Below are positions 1-13,200 of a DNA stretch of 64,000 bases, piece by piece. The DNA comes from Felis catus (taxonomy: Eukaryota), in the NCBI RefSeq assembly GCF_018350175.1, contig NC_058379.1, positions 8,494,001 to 8,558,000 on the forward strand. Direction: 5' to 3'. The notes under the pieces are model-generated. The model was not told the DNA's origin and searched no databases. It saw nothing but the letters and a program-made list of their open reading frames with translations. Numbering within the stretch: position 1 is the stretch's first letter; every line of letters begins with the position of its first letter. A program made the position numbers and the translations under genes.

Positions 1-72
1 CCATGAACCATAAGATCATGAACTGAGCTGAAAGAGTTGGATGCTTAACGGACTGAGCCACACAGGCGCCCC
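1..72 (-). mobile_element. CanSINE 5' portion (cut by window edge)
   Basis: gatcatga..ctgagc..ggcgcccc is the reverse complement of the tRNA-derived SINE head. Confidence 0.85.
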
Positions 73-139
73 TAGAGAGAAATCTTAAGAGGACCTGTGA
101 TGAAATGGCAAATGAGTGATTTGTTTTTTAAAACACTCT

Positions 140-710
140 GAGAAACAAGAACTTGAACATATACACCAATGTTCATTACAGCATTATTCATAATGGTGAA
201 AAGGTAGAGACAACCCACCGACAGATGAATGGATTAAAAAAAATGTGGTCCATCTATTCAATGGATTATTATTCAGCCATAAAAAAGGACTGAGTTCTGA
301 TAAGTATTACAATATAGATGAACCCCTAAAACATCAAGCTAAGAAGCTAGTCACAAAGGGACAAGTATTGTATGATTCGCCTTATATGAAATATCTAGGA
401 TAAGCAAATCCAGAGACAGAAAAGTAGATTGGAGATTACCAGGGGTTAAGATGAAGGGGCATGGGGAGTTATTTAATGGGTACAGAGTTTCTGTTTGGGG
501 TGATAAGAAAGTTTTGGAAATAGATAGTGGTGATGATTGCACATTATTAGTATAATTAATGCCACCAAATTACACACTTAAAATGGCTAAGAAGGAAGAT
601 TTTATGTTACATATAAAAATCAATAATATGCTAAAAAACATTGAATTGTATACTCTAAATGGGTGAATTATATAAAATTTAAATTGTGTTTCAATAAAAC
701 TTTTTAAAAC
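140..710 (+). mobile_element. Old LINE-1 3' fragment (L1MB-like)
   Basis: atgttcattacagcattattcataat...gatgaatgga...tattattcagccataaaaa motifs typical of L1M 3' ends. Confidence 0.85.
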
Positions 711-1352
711 AGCACTTGAGAGTTAAGTGCAGAAACTATGGAATGGCTTGGAAAGAAAAAAAGAGCAGGAAAAATGATAGTTGCTCAGGCAAATAGTTCT
801 CATGGTGATAGATGAAAGCAAAATGGTGCCCTGGTGTGGAAAATCTGTCCTGCTGTCTTGCTAACAGAATGAAGTTGAAAGTTCTAAGCTTGACCCTGGT
901 TCTCAAAAAATGTGCGACACACCTCCTGCTATGGCACCTTCTTCCCTATCATGTTCTTTGCCCTAAGATTTCCTTCACGGCAGGCTCGGTCATACCACAT
1001 AGCTGGCTCAATACCCTTTTCTCATCAAGCCTGCTCACTCGGGCTCACTTGTTCTAAAGCCAGTTAAATGCCATCTACACTAAACTGATCTTAGCTATAA
1101 CAGTCTCTGAGCTCCTATAGCACTGGGCAGTAATGCCAATCTCTCAGGGTTTCTTGGCTCTATCTTGTTGCACACGTTTCTCATGACATAGTTAAATCTT
1201 GGAGAGGAGAGTTCATTATTTACATTTCCTGTACATCCTTTCAGTAGCTGGCACAGCAAAATGAATACACATTCTCCCAATCTTGTTGCCCGAATGTAGC
1301 AAACTTCTTATAATGGCCAGGAGGGACAGCCTTGGATTAAAAAAGACTCAGG

Positions 1353-1565
1353 TTTTGTTTTGTTTTTTAATGTTTATTTTTGAGAGAGAGTGCGAGAGAG
1401 CGTACAAGTAAGGGAGGGGCAGAGAAAGAGAGGGGAACAGATGATCCAAGGCAGGCTCTGTGCTGACAGCAGAGAGCCCAATGCAGGGCTCAAACTCACG
1501 AACCGCGAGATCATGACCTGAGCTGAAGTCGGACACCCAACCTACTGAGCCACCCAAAGTGCCCC
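1353..1565 (-). mobile_element. CanSINE with target-site duplication
   Basis: Full SINE; flanking direct repeat aagactcaggttt. Confidence 0.92.
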
Positions 1566-3329
1566 AAGACTCAGGTTTAATCACCATTTCTGCCAACTTC
1601 CAGGTGTGTGTTTGGTCAAGTTACTTAATTTCTGTACATTTCAGCTTCTTCACCTGGAAAAGGGGAGAATACTTGTATCTGCCACAACAGTTCTTGCAAG
1701 GGTTAAAGAGAATTTTAAAATGTGAAGTGTTTAGCATATTGCCAAATCACCTGTAAATTGGACCTGTGGTGTAAAAGCAAAGAAGAAAACTATGACTGAT
1801 GATTTATCTCAACATCAACACAGAACAGATGTAGCCCTAACATTATACTTTCCTAATGGAATGTTCTTCCAAATTTCTATAAACAAAGTGAAGGGAGAAA
1901 CAAACCAAATGGCTTTTGGTATAGTCGTATCACGTCCCTTTTGGACAAGGCTCTGAACTCGTTAAGGTTTTCAGTACTCATAATTTTGGAGAAAAGGAAA
2001 ATGCAAAATAAAATAATTCTCATAAATCTTGTTTGAGTATTTTCATGTACTGTAATCTTCCTACACATGATGGTAATTAGTGGCATATTAAAAATGATAA
2101 GTGTAAACAGGATGCTTAAGAAAAAACAAGGTGATTGTTGTCCTTTCCTCGTTTTTGGCTAATGTTAATTTTTTCTAGTATTTGGTCCTCTACCAATATT
2201 TTTTTATTACTTAAAAAAAGATTTTATTTTTAAGCAATTTCTATGCCCAACTTGGGGCTTGAACCCGAGGTCAAAGTCGCATGCTTTACTGACTGAGCCA
2301 GCCAGGTGCCCCTACATATCTTTTTTTAAAAAGGCATTTTCTCCCTTAAGGTACCGTATATATGACTGAATCATAGTATGCATCACTTAGAAGGGACACA
2401 TCTTTGTAATTTTGTTTCTACTCCAAGGTAATCATTGTTAACAGTTTGGTGTGTGTACTCCCATAGTTTTTCCTGGAGTGTGTGTGATTAAATCAATGAG
2501 GATGGAATCACATTACAATACTGTCCTTTTTTTGTTTTGTTTTGTTTTTTATACTGAGGTATAGTCCCATGATGGGATAGACTGAGTCCTTTGTTATTTT
2601 TAATGACTGCATATTTCATTTTCTAGAGGTACCATATGTTATCCAATTCTCTATTATAAGACAACTGAATTATTTCCAGGTGTGTGTGTGTGTGTTTCGG
2701 TATTCAACAATGCTTGAAGTTGAGTTGCTGGATCAAGAAGAATGAACATTTAAAACTCTGATACAATTTTAAAAAGAAAACAAAAGAAAATATAATTATT
2801 ACAAAATTACCTTCCCTAAAGAGCATGTACACCTTGTAACAATCTTCTTTTAATGTTGGCATTACATTTTGATGAAAGCTGTATCTTAAAATCTACTGTG
2901 CTACCCTTCATGTATAATTTATTTTGGATTCTTTGGAAACTGTTCTCTTAGATACATTAAAAAAAACAAAACCAAACTCCTATAATATAGCACCAATGGA
3001 AAGGTTTTAGAAGCCAAGTTTTAGTTCTTATTGTCTCTGATCCCCCTGCTGACACTTACAGAACAGGCACCATAGTGATTTGTTGCTAGTACAAAGGTTC
3101 CATAATTTAAAAAACAAATAAAAAAACCCTCATCTGTTATAAACAACCCTTTAATCTTGATATGGATCACTGTGGCATTTTTTTTCTCTTTCTTTCTTCC
3201 CCTTACCTCCCTCCCTCTCTCTTTCTGACATGTCTCTGAGTTCCTTATAGAAATTCCAACCCAAACACCCAGAATTTGATTTTAGAAACCCTCTTTTGGC
3301 TTTTGTAACTCATACATTACAATTATATA

Positions 3330-3871
3330 TAACCCATAACAATGTGGGAGTTGGGGCACTGACCTTCCCCCACTCAAGTTGAAAATCTGTATATTAACTT
3401 TTGACTCCTGAAAAACTTAACTACTAATAGCCTACTGTTGACTGGAAGCCTCATCGATACCATAAACAGTCAATTGACATGTATTCTGCATAAATATTTT
3501 ATACTGTATTCTTATATAAAGCTAAAGAAAATCATAAGGAAAATAACATTTACAGTACATTCTTGTAAAAAAATCTGCATATAAGTGGACCCAAGCAGTT
3601 TATTTTATTTTATTTTTTTAATTTTTTTTTCAACGTTTATTTATTTTTTGGGGACAGAGAGAGACAGAGCATGAACGGGGGAGGGGCAGAGAGAGAGGGA
3701 GACACAGAATCGGAAACAGGCTACAGGCTCTGAGCCATCAGCCCAGAGCCCGACGCGGGGCTCGAACTCACGGACCGCGAGATCGTGACCTGGCTGAAGT
3801 CGGACGCTTAACCGACTGCGCCACCCAGGCACCCCAGACCCAAGCAGTTTAAACTCATGTTTGGGGTCAGC
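3330..3871. mobile_element. Tigger2-family (MER8/MER28-like) DNA transposon interrupted by a SINE
   Basis: aacttttgactcc..aaaacttaactactaatagcctactgttgactggaagcct and ataagtggaccc..gcagtt resemble the recalled Tigger2 consensus. Confidence 0.75.
3601..3835 (-). mobile_element. Young felid SINEC_Fc-type copy
   Basis: CpG-rich, near consensus; TSD gacccaagcagttta. Confidence 0.95.
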
Positions 3872-3949
3872 TCTTCTCTAGTTGATCAAGTAACACCATA
3901 AAGCTCCACTTTTAATACAATTTTAAACTTAGTTCTGCTTCTATGTAGC

Positions 3950-4370
3950 TTTCCCTCTGTCCTTAATAGCACAACACAAATAACCAGGGTAGCAACACGC
4001 TCAGCTAAAATTTTCCTCTTTCCAGACTCCCTTGTAGCTACGCATGAAGGAGATATAGTACAAGTCTCCAGGCAGGATTTCTGGGAAGGATATTCAAAGT
4101 GGCACTCAGCTGGTATGCCCTCATGCTGTCCCCACTTCTTCTTAAGCCCAGAGATGCAGGAGCACCTAGAGGTGCTCTACATGTGGCACGTAAAGAAACG
4201 TAGAGCAAGAAAACTGGAGGAGCCTGGATCTCCAATGACCTCTTTAAATGGCTGCCCCATTCAGGGACTACTTCTAGATTCAAAAGAAAAAACAAGACCC
4301 CCACCACCCAAGGCAGTGTAAATTGGGTTTTCTGGGCTCGTGGCCAAATAACAATCCCAACGTAGATACA
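3950..4370 (+). mobile_element. Old MaLR LTR (MLT1-like) fragment
   Basis: ttccagactcccttgtagcta start motif and caatcccaacgtagataca end motif. Confidence 0.5.
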
Positions 4371-4599
4371 GAAACAACTGCCTCTTAAAATAAAAGCCAA
4401 ACACATATAGGCTCGATAGAGCTGGCAGTGCAATAACTTTATGTCCAAAGGACTCAAGGCCTTTTCTGAATCATCTAACTTATAACTTTAACATACCAGA
4501 AAATACATGGTCCCATAAGTATTTGTAATAACTCATGATGGCTACTTTTATCAGCCAAATAATGAAAACCTCTTAAATGCTAAAAAATTGGCTAAATAG

Positions 4600-6880
4600 A
4601 AAAGTGAATGTCACATAAGGATAGACAATAGAATCCAGAAATAAACCCATACATTTATGGTCATTTTTGACAAGAGAGCCAATTCAAAAGGAAAAGGATA
4701 GCCTTTTCCACAAATGTACTGTAACAAATAGCCATGTCCCAAAGAATAAAGCTGGGCCTCTACCTTACATCATATATAAAAGGAAACTCAAAAAGGATCA
4801 AAAACCCAAATGTAAGAGCTAAAAGTATAAAACACTTAGGAAATCATTACTTAGGTGTAAAATGATGTTTTGAAATATACAATCATTTTTTAATAAAAAA
4901 NNNNNNNNNNNNNNNNNNNNNNNNNNNNNNNNNNNNNNNNNNNNNNNNNNNNNNNNNNNNNNNNNNNNNNNNNNNNNNNNNNNNNNNNNNNNNNNNNNNN
5001 NNNNNNNNNNNNNNNNNNNNNNNNNNNNNNNNNNNNNNGGCTCCAGGCTCTGAGCTGTCAGCACAGAGCCCGACCGGGGGCTTGAACCCACAAACCACAA
5101 GATCATGACCTGAGCCGGACGCTTAACCAACTGAGCCACCCAGGCGCCCCTACAATAGTTTTTTAGATATGACACCAAAAGCACAAGCCACCAAAGGGGG
5201 GAAAAAAAAAAGACTATATATAGACNNNNNNNNNNNNNNNNNNNNNNNNNNNNNNNNNNNNNNNNNNNNNNNNNNNNNNNNNNNNNNNNNNNNNNNNNNN
5301 NNNNNNNNNNNNNNNNNNNNNNNNNNNNNNNNNNNNNNNNNNNNNNNNNNNNNNNNNNNNNNNNNNNNNNNNNNNNNNNNNNNNNNNNNNNNNNNNNNNN
5401 NNNNNNNNNNNNNNNNNNNNNNNNNNNNNNNNNNNNNNNNNNNNNNNACAATGAGATAAAACAGTACAGTTTTATGAGATACTGCTTCATGCCTATCCGG
5501 ATAGTTATAAATAAGGCACAAGTGTTGGAGAGGACATAGAGAAATTAGAACTCTTATTCCTTGCTATTGGAAATGTAAACTGGTGCAGCCACTGTGGAAA
5601 AAGTCTCCCAGTTCTTCAGAAAGCTAAACATAGTGTGATTCAGTAATCCCACTGGTAGGTATATAACCAAGAGAAATGGAAACATATATCCACACAAAAA
5701 TTTGTACAGGAATGTCCCTGGCAACATTGTTCCTAACAGCCCATAAGTGGAAACAACCCAGATGTCCATAAACTGATGCATGGAAAAACAAAATGGGATA
5801 TACACACGCGCGTGCACGTGCGCACACACAAACACACACACACACAATGGACATACAGTGGAATATTATTCAGGCATAAAAAGGAATGAAGTATTGATAT
5901 AGGTTAAAATATAGATGGATCTTGAAGACATTATGCTAAGTAAAAGAAGCCAGATACAAAAGGACAAATATTGTTTGATCCCTCTTATATGAGATGCCAG
6001 GATAGGCAAATTCAGAGATTGAGAGTAGATTAGAGATTATCAGGAGCTGGGTATTACAGTCACTGGTGGTTTTAAGTGTTGCTGTTTGGAATACTGAGAA
6101 AGCTTTGGAAATAAACAGTGGTGATGGTTGCAAGTATTGTGAATGTAATCAATACCAGTGAGCTACACACTTAAAAATGGTTGAAATGGGGCGCCTGAGT
6201 AGCTCAGTCGGTTAAGTGTCTAACTCTGAATTTCAGCTCAGGTCATGATCTCACGATTCATGGGATCGAGCCCCATGTCGGCCTCTGCACTGGGAGCATG
6301 GCACCTGCTTGGGATTCTCTCTTCTCTCCCTCTCCTCCCCTGCTTGTACTTGCTCTCTCTCTTTGAAAATAAAGAACTAAACTTAAAGAAAATGGTTGAC
6401 ATGGTAACATTATATGTTTTACCACAATAAAGAAAAAGAAAAAAAGNNNNNNNNNNNNNNNNNNNNNNNNNNNNNNNNNNNNNNNNNNNNNNNNNNNNNN
6501 NNNNNNNNNNNNNNNNNNNNNNNNNNNNNNNNNNNNNNNNNNNNNNNNNNNNNNNNNNNNNNNNNNNNNNNNNNNNNNNNNNNNNCACTGGTTGCCAGGG
6601 AATGATGGGGTGGGGAGAGGAAAAGAATGGTTGGGGGGGGGGGGTGACCACCACTGAATTGTACACTTTATTATAATTTTTTAATTATTATTTTTTAATG
6701 TTTATTTATTTTTGAGAGAGAAAGAGAGCATGAGCAGGGGAGGGGCAGAGAGAGAGCTATCAGCACAGAGCTTGACGCGGGGCTCGAACCCACAAACCAT
6801 GAGATCATGACCTGAGCGGAAGTTGGACATTTAACCGACTGAGCCACCCAGGCATGCCATGGACTGTACACTTTAAAAGA
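4600..6880 (+). mobile_element. LINE-1 ORF2-end/3'UTR fragment (L1M) interrupted by SINEs at about 4887-5150 (-), 6188-6390 (+), 6680-6857 (-) and three N-runs
   Basis: ccagaaataaacccatacatttatggtca, atgacaccaaaagcacaagc, aaatgtaaactggtgcagccactgtggaaa, ggaaacaacccagatgtcc. Confidence 0.88.
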
Positions 6881-6961
6881 GTGAATATTAGCTCAAAAAC
6901 ACTTTAAGTGAATGTAAAAGATAAGCAATGAGGTGTTTTGACATGGAATATTAGAAATTTC

Positions 6962-6967
6962 TTTATT
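6962..6967 (-). terminator. ARPC3: Probable ARPC3 polyadenylation signal AATAAA
   Basis: tttatt on + strand about 230 nt downstream of the stop. Confidence 0.75.
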
Positions 6968-7197
6968 ATTACCTATTCTTATTAAGCACCAGCTTAATAA
7001 CACAGAAAATTTCAAATCACCCTTCGACAGCCCATTCTTCCCCCCGCCACCCTAATTCTTGATAAAGCGTTCTTCAAGTGAAGACATGCTCTCTTCTCTC
7101 TTCCGTATAAAACTTTATCAAATAAAGGCAAAGAACTGTGTACATCTTGCTGTAAAATGCTGCCCATGGCTGTGGGAAGTATCTGCCCAGGCTCCTT

Positions 7198-7260
7198 TTA
7201 CTGTCCAGGTCCTGAAAGACTCTTGTTCATGAACTGTCTCTTCACAAAGCAAGTCCACCA
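7198..7260 (-). CDS. ARPC3: ARPC3 exon 7 coding part with TAA stop
   Basis: tag|TGGTGGACT...GGACAGTAA; [20 protein letters not shown]. Confidence 0.97.
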   Translation of the reverse strand, partial: WWTCFVKRQFMNKSLSGPGQ

Positions 7261-10200
7261 CTAACAAGAGGGGATAAAACAGAATGGATAGTGGGTGTCA
7301 AATCACCATGCAAGTTCAAGGTAAGGTCAGAATATTAATTTATGTAATAACAAAATGTAATCTTGGCCTGACATCTCTTACGTTATAAACTTCTTGAAAA
7401 CACATGTAAAAAAGTTTTTTTTGACTCACAAATCAGTCAAAATTATGATGACAAAAAAATGTAATACATTCCAAGATATCTCACACAGAAAATCTGCCCT
7501 ATGGGTTTACAATGCCCTAATATAAGAACATACAACCAAAAATGTTTATTATATGCAATTCATTATTCACTGTGACTCACTGAACCCCTACTATGTACTA
7601 GGCACATACTCAAAGTTAAGCAGCACTGCAATGCACAGACTAAAATATTCTTGCAAGGGAAGACCTTAGTTTATTTAATAGTAGCTGCATGATAAAAGGT
7701 TATTTATCAACTAAATAGGTAAAGAAGAGGGTCTTACCTTGCTAGGTTTATCATTCTGAGGGTCAAAAACTTTCTCACAAAGTCTCAGTCCAGTCTCTTG
7801 TCTCAGCTGCTGTAAGTAGGCCCTCATCACCTCTAAAATAAGGAGCCAGGAGAAAAATAAGAAAAATCCTGTCTGAGAATACATCCCCAATGTGTGCTGG
7901 TTGCTGGACAGTGACCTTGGTAATACATTTCTACACATTCAGACAAGATAAGAAATAGAAATGACAGTCCAGTGGTTTTATAACTATTTTGGTTCAAAGG
8001 ATTCTCTACATGTTATATTTGTTGCCAAGAATCTTTTGTGAGAGTTACTGGAAGATAGTATCTGTGCTAATGATTCTACTACTCTCAACCTGTACACCAA
8101 TCAAGACGAAGAAAGGAGGGGGTAAATAATCAAATGGAGAAAATCTTGTGCCATAGAGAGGGAGGTGGAANNNNNNNNNNNNNNNNNNNNNNNNNNNNNN
8201 NNNNNNNNNNNNNNNNNNNNNNNNNNNNNNNNNNNNNNNNNNNNNNNNNNNNNNNNNNNNNNNNNNNNNNNNNNNNNNNNNNNNNNNNNNNNNNNNNNNN
8301 NNNNNNNNNNNNNNNNNNNNNNNNNNNNNNNNNNNNNNNNNNNNNNNNNNNNNNNNNNNNNNNNNNNNNNNNNNNNNNNNGATAATAACATCCAATTTGT
8401 AATTTTTTAGTCTAAGTAGATGTGGCTGGGATTACTAATGTTTTTGGGTGCCCTTCTGCATTCTGGGAAGCCTCTAGGTCCCTCCCCAGAATAATGTTTT
8501 AAATGACTAAAACATACAAAATTACAAAAGAAATCATTTATAGTCAAACACAATAATTACAATATTAAAAAGCCAAATTTATGACATACTCATACAGGCA
8601 CTTCTTTATTAATGCACTGCATGACAAGATCCAGGCAGGGGCCTAATAACTAAAATATGAAGTAGTAATGAGTGAAAATAAAATTTCAAAACATCTTCAA
8701 CTCTGAATGTAATAGGAAAATGTTGTGATTTCTACTGAAGAAAAAGTCACAGGTACAGCTTATGCTACTGTGGGTTGTTGCCTACATTAATAATTACAGT
8801 AAATGCTAAATTTCAGTTACAAGTTAGTGAAAAGAAAGATGTAATCTTTTTCCCTCTCAAGCTCATGAACCCTTGAATTATATCCTTGGACCCCAGGTTA
8901 ACAACCTCTGAGCCAAGAGTTTAAAAGAAAGATTTCTGTCTCGGGAAGATACACGCAATGCCTTAAAACACCACACCCTTATCTTCTCATTAGTCAACTA
9001 AATTATAGGTTTAGAATCCACATTCAGATTTTCCTCTTGGGTCCGGGCTCTAAGAGAAAGTACTACTTGTCCTTAAAGTCTCAACAAGTCCAGATGGCTA
9101 AGCAGGTGAACATGTGTTAGTACTGTGTTTTCCAGATAGACAATCATCCAAGTTTAATTACCTTTTGGAGTTTCTTCAGACACTCAGAAATATAGAGTGT
9201 TATATATATCAAGGTTCTATCAGCTTCATTCTGCAGGGGTGGGGCGGGGGTGGGAACACAGAAGTTAAAAACAGTCCTGATTAAAACATAACAATCACGT
9301 GCAACAAAAATTCAAGCTTTGTCTTTTGAGCATCAACTGAAAGCTGCAAGTATAGTTCCTATAGCATCAAAAGTTGCCATTCTCCAAATGCAGTCTTCTC
9401 GGGCCACTGGTGTGTCCGCTCCTAGGGAGGGAGCCGCCTGTTGCCATCCTGAGCTGTGTGGCTGTTTTTGTTCACCTTGGCTGCCCTTACCCCTGCATTC
9501 CCCTTGCCTCTCAGTCCCCGGAAGCTGTGCCAACAGCACCTCCCTCCGTATAGGAAGGAGAGTTACTAGAGCTGCCTGGAAAACCTGAGGTGCACCATAT
9601 GGTCAGCTAATTTTTAAAGCTCTTTCACTTCAGAGTCTCTGCCGAGAACAAAAGCCTTTATGACTTTAAAGGAGGAACAGCTATTTCATGTGTGTCTTGT
9701 TCTTTTTTTTTTTTTTTTTAATGTTTATTTATTTTTGAGCAAGTGAGAGAGACAGAGCACAAGCAGGGGAGGGGCAGGGAGAGGAGGAGACATAGAATCT
9801 GAAGCAGACTCTAGGCTCCAGGCTGTCAGCAGAGAGCCCGACAGGGGACTCGAACTCCGGAACTGTGAGATCATGACCTGAGCTGAAGGTGGACGCTTAA
9901 CTGACCGAGCCACCCAGGCACCCCTTCATGTGTCTTGTTCTTAAAGAGCTTCACGAGCCCACCTCTTGATCTAATTAAAAGGAAAATGTGAGGATTGGAT
10001 GTTGAGCAGATGTGGCACATACTTCAGGTTAAATTTGGCACAGATCTACAGTCTAAAAAAAACCAAATGACACATGTCCTTTTTTTTAAGATTATATGAC
10101 TCAGAAGAATGAAATGTGGCAGAATTACATTTATTTACACCTATTACAAACATAACACTTAGACCGTATATTAAATACAGAATACGTTGTATCCCAGGAC

Positions 10201-13200
10201 AGTTAGACTACAATTTCTAGACCAAGAGTCTACAAACAAAGATCTTCACACCCTGATTCCAAAAGGTCAAAGTTTGGCAAGGAGAGGCTGAAGTTCCATA
10301 TTCTAGAATGTTATCAAGAAAAGTTGTTGACATTCCTGTAACTCGCTCATAGAAGGAACTCAGAAAAGTTCTTTTTTATTTTGTTTCCATCTCCCCCTCT
10401 CCTTTTCTGCCACCTTCCTCCTACCTTCCTCTTCACCCCGTTCCTCACAAGAACTAAGAGCAGAAAGGAGAAAAGGGTAGTCAAGGGAAGGACCAGGATC
10501 AGTGAAGTTTCTTTATTGCTCCATTTCAGGTCCAGGACACAGAAGTATATAAAAATATCATATCACGAAGGATTTTTTAGTTTTGGACTGGCACACAGTA
10601 GGAGCTTTACTAATGCTGATAATAAATAAAAATGTCTAGATGATGGGTTGGCAGACTTCCTCTGTAAAGGACCAGATATTAAATATTTTAGGTTTTGTAG
10701 GCCAGGCTTTGTCACAACTGTGCAACTCAGCTGCTGTGGAGTGAATGCAGTCATAGACAATATCTTAAAAAATGTACGTGGCTGTGTTCTAATAAAACTT
10801 TATTTGTAAAAAGAGGCAGGAAGCCAGATTTGGCCCTTAGGCTGTAGTTTGCTGACACATGGTACAGACTTCGGAGGAAACATGAGAAACTAATGTTGAT
10901 ATAGGGTCTAATATTAGGCATTATTCTGGGTTTTTAAAGTCATACAATCTCATTCAATTTTATTTACTCCTCAGAACCCTGATTGCCAGGTAGATTATTA
11001 TCCCTACCAGAAAACCAAATTAAATATTAAAAGCTCTACTTTACCTTAATCTCATAGTTTTTGAAGAAAACATTGGCCTTGAAATAATAGATGGCTTCAT
11101 CCACAATATCTGTATCTTTTGCTAAGGAGGACACAAGGGGAAGAAGGCAGAGAACATTAGCCAAATGCAAAAATAACACTTAGAAAAAAAACCCCAGTTC
11201 AATGGTCAAAAGTCTTGGCGTTGAGGGGCGCCTGAGTAGCTCTGTTGGTTAAGCATCTGACATTGACTCAGGTCATGATTTCATGTTTCATGGGTTTAAA
11301 CCCTGCATCTGGCTTGGTGCTGACAGTGCGGAACCTGTTTGGGATATTCTCTCATTCTCTCTCTCTCTCTCTCTCAAAACAAATAAACAAACTTAAACAT
11401 GGAGTTGAATAAAATAAAATGAGGCTGAGACATGAGGTCTTTAGAAACAATTTCTAGAAAAATCAGTATGTACATGGTTTATTATTTTTTTAAAAAAGCT
11501 TGCTATTTTTTAAAGGTTTATTTAAGACAGAGAGAGGGAGGAGGAGGGAGGGAGGGAGGGAGGGAGGGGCAGAGAGAGGGAGAGAGAGAGAATCTCAAGC
11601 AGCCTCTGCTGTTAGCACAGAGCCTAACCTGGGGCTTGATCTCAAGAGCTGGACGCTTAACTGACTGAGCCACCCAGGCACCCCCATGGTTTATTCTTAT
11701 AGCTTTATTGTTTTTATAAAAAATATACTCATTAGAAACAAATTTATCAACACAGAAAAATATTTTACTGTCACCCTAAATCTCATTCCCTGGAAATAAC
11801 TACTATTAACATTTGGTGAACATCATTCCAGACGTTTCTCAATGGGTTTATAAAAATAGACTGAGACACAGACTAACTTTGATAAAATGCTATTTAAAAC
11901 TAAAAACTATTCAATGTAATTTGATTTGAATTTACATACTGCAGTTTCAGGGGAAAAAAATCTCAATTGTTATTTAGGAACACACTGGGCTCATGTATGT
12001 ATCTTTCTATGAAAACTATGACTTAATACATACTTGTACAAGCTGTTTTAGGTGGTTAGAGACTGAGAAAAGCCAGAAACACTGTTGTGACAAAGACAGA
12101 TCTCTTTATACCATTTCTTTGGCAGTTTTTTATTTTCCTTTTCTTATTTTAAGAAGGTCAAAATCCCAGGGTCTTGATATCCGGCAGCTGGTTGCAGAAA
12201 TGCACAGACTGTTGTTGTTTTTTTTTTTTCCCCAGAGACAGTTATTTATATTTCTTGTCCATGACTGCTATCCCTCTCACACAGTAGAAATGCAAGGTAA
12301 TCCTGAAGGCTGAATCCTGTGTGATTCAGCTGACTTTAATGCTGCTTGTTCCCCTGCTAAAAAATTTCAACATAATTCTAACTCTAGACTCTGTGTTCTC
12401 CCAACCTATTTTCTTATCTAGAGAAAAGGAAACTTCCTCAAAAGATTCAATATTGTTTATAAAACCAGTTAGTTCTTCTAAATGTAAAACTGTGGGGGGT
12501 GGGGAATGGGTTACAAGATTTAGAAGCATGTCTGGCACAAAAAAGTGTTCAAAAGCTATCTGTTGAATGTAAAAAAATTTTTTTTGGTTCTGAAAGAGGG
12601 GTTGGGGGAGGCCGTGCACAAGCGGAAGGGAGGAGCAGAGGTATAGAAAGAGAATCTTAAATTTAAGTAGGCTCTACCCTTGGTGAAGAGTGTGACATGG
12701 GGCTCAATCCCATGACCTGGGATCACGACCTGAGCTGAAATCAAGAGTTGGCCGCTCAACCATCTGAGCCAGCCAGGTGCCCCATAAATAAATTAATTTG
12801 ATTAATGCTACCTATTATTTAGCTCACAGCACAGGCTTGTACTCCTTCCTAATTCTTGTTCAGGTCTAATCCTGTCTCCTGAGGAAGAGAATCCCTGTCT
12901 ACAGAAGCCACAAAGATCTGGTTTCTAGGGGCCCCTTTCTCCCTTAAGGGCCCAGGAAATGTTGCAAAGGTGGTAATTAGATACACTCCATCCCTGGTCA
13001 ATTACATTTTCTAATCTGCTACATGTATTTTGTAACCATCTGAAAAGGCTGCTTCTCAAGGAATCTGGGCCAACATTGATTCTTATTCTTTCTTTGCACT
13101 GTAATTCTTTTCTTTTATGCTATTTTTTCTTCTTTTTGGTCTTTTATTTTTTCCCATCTGTTCCTTTTTCTTCATCTCAGAATCAAGTAAAAACTATGGC

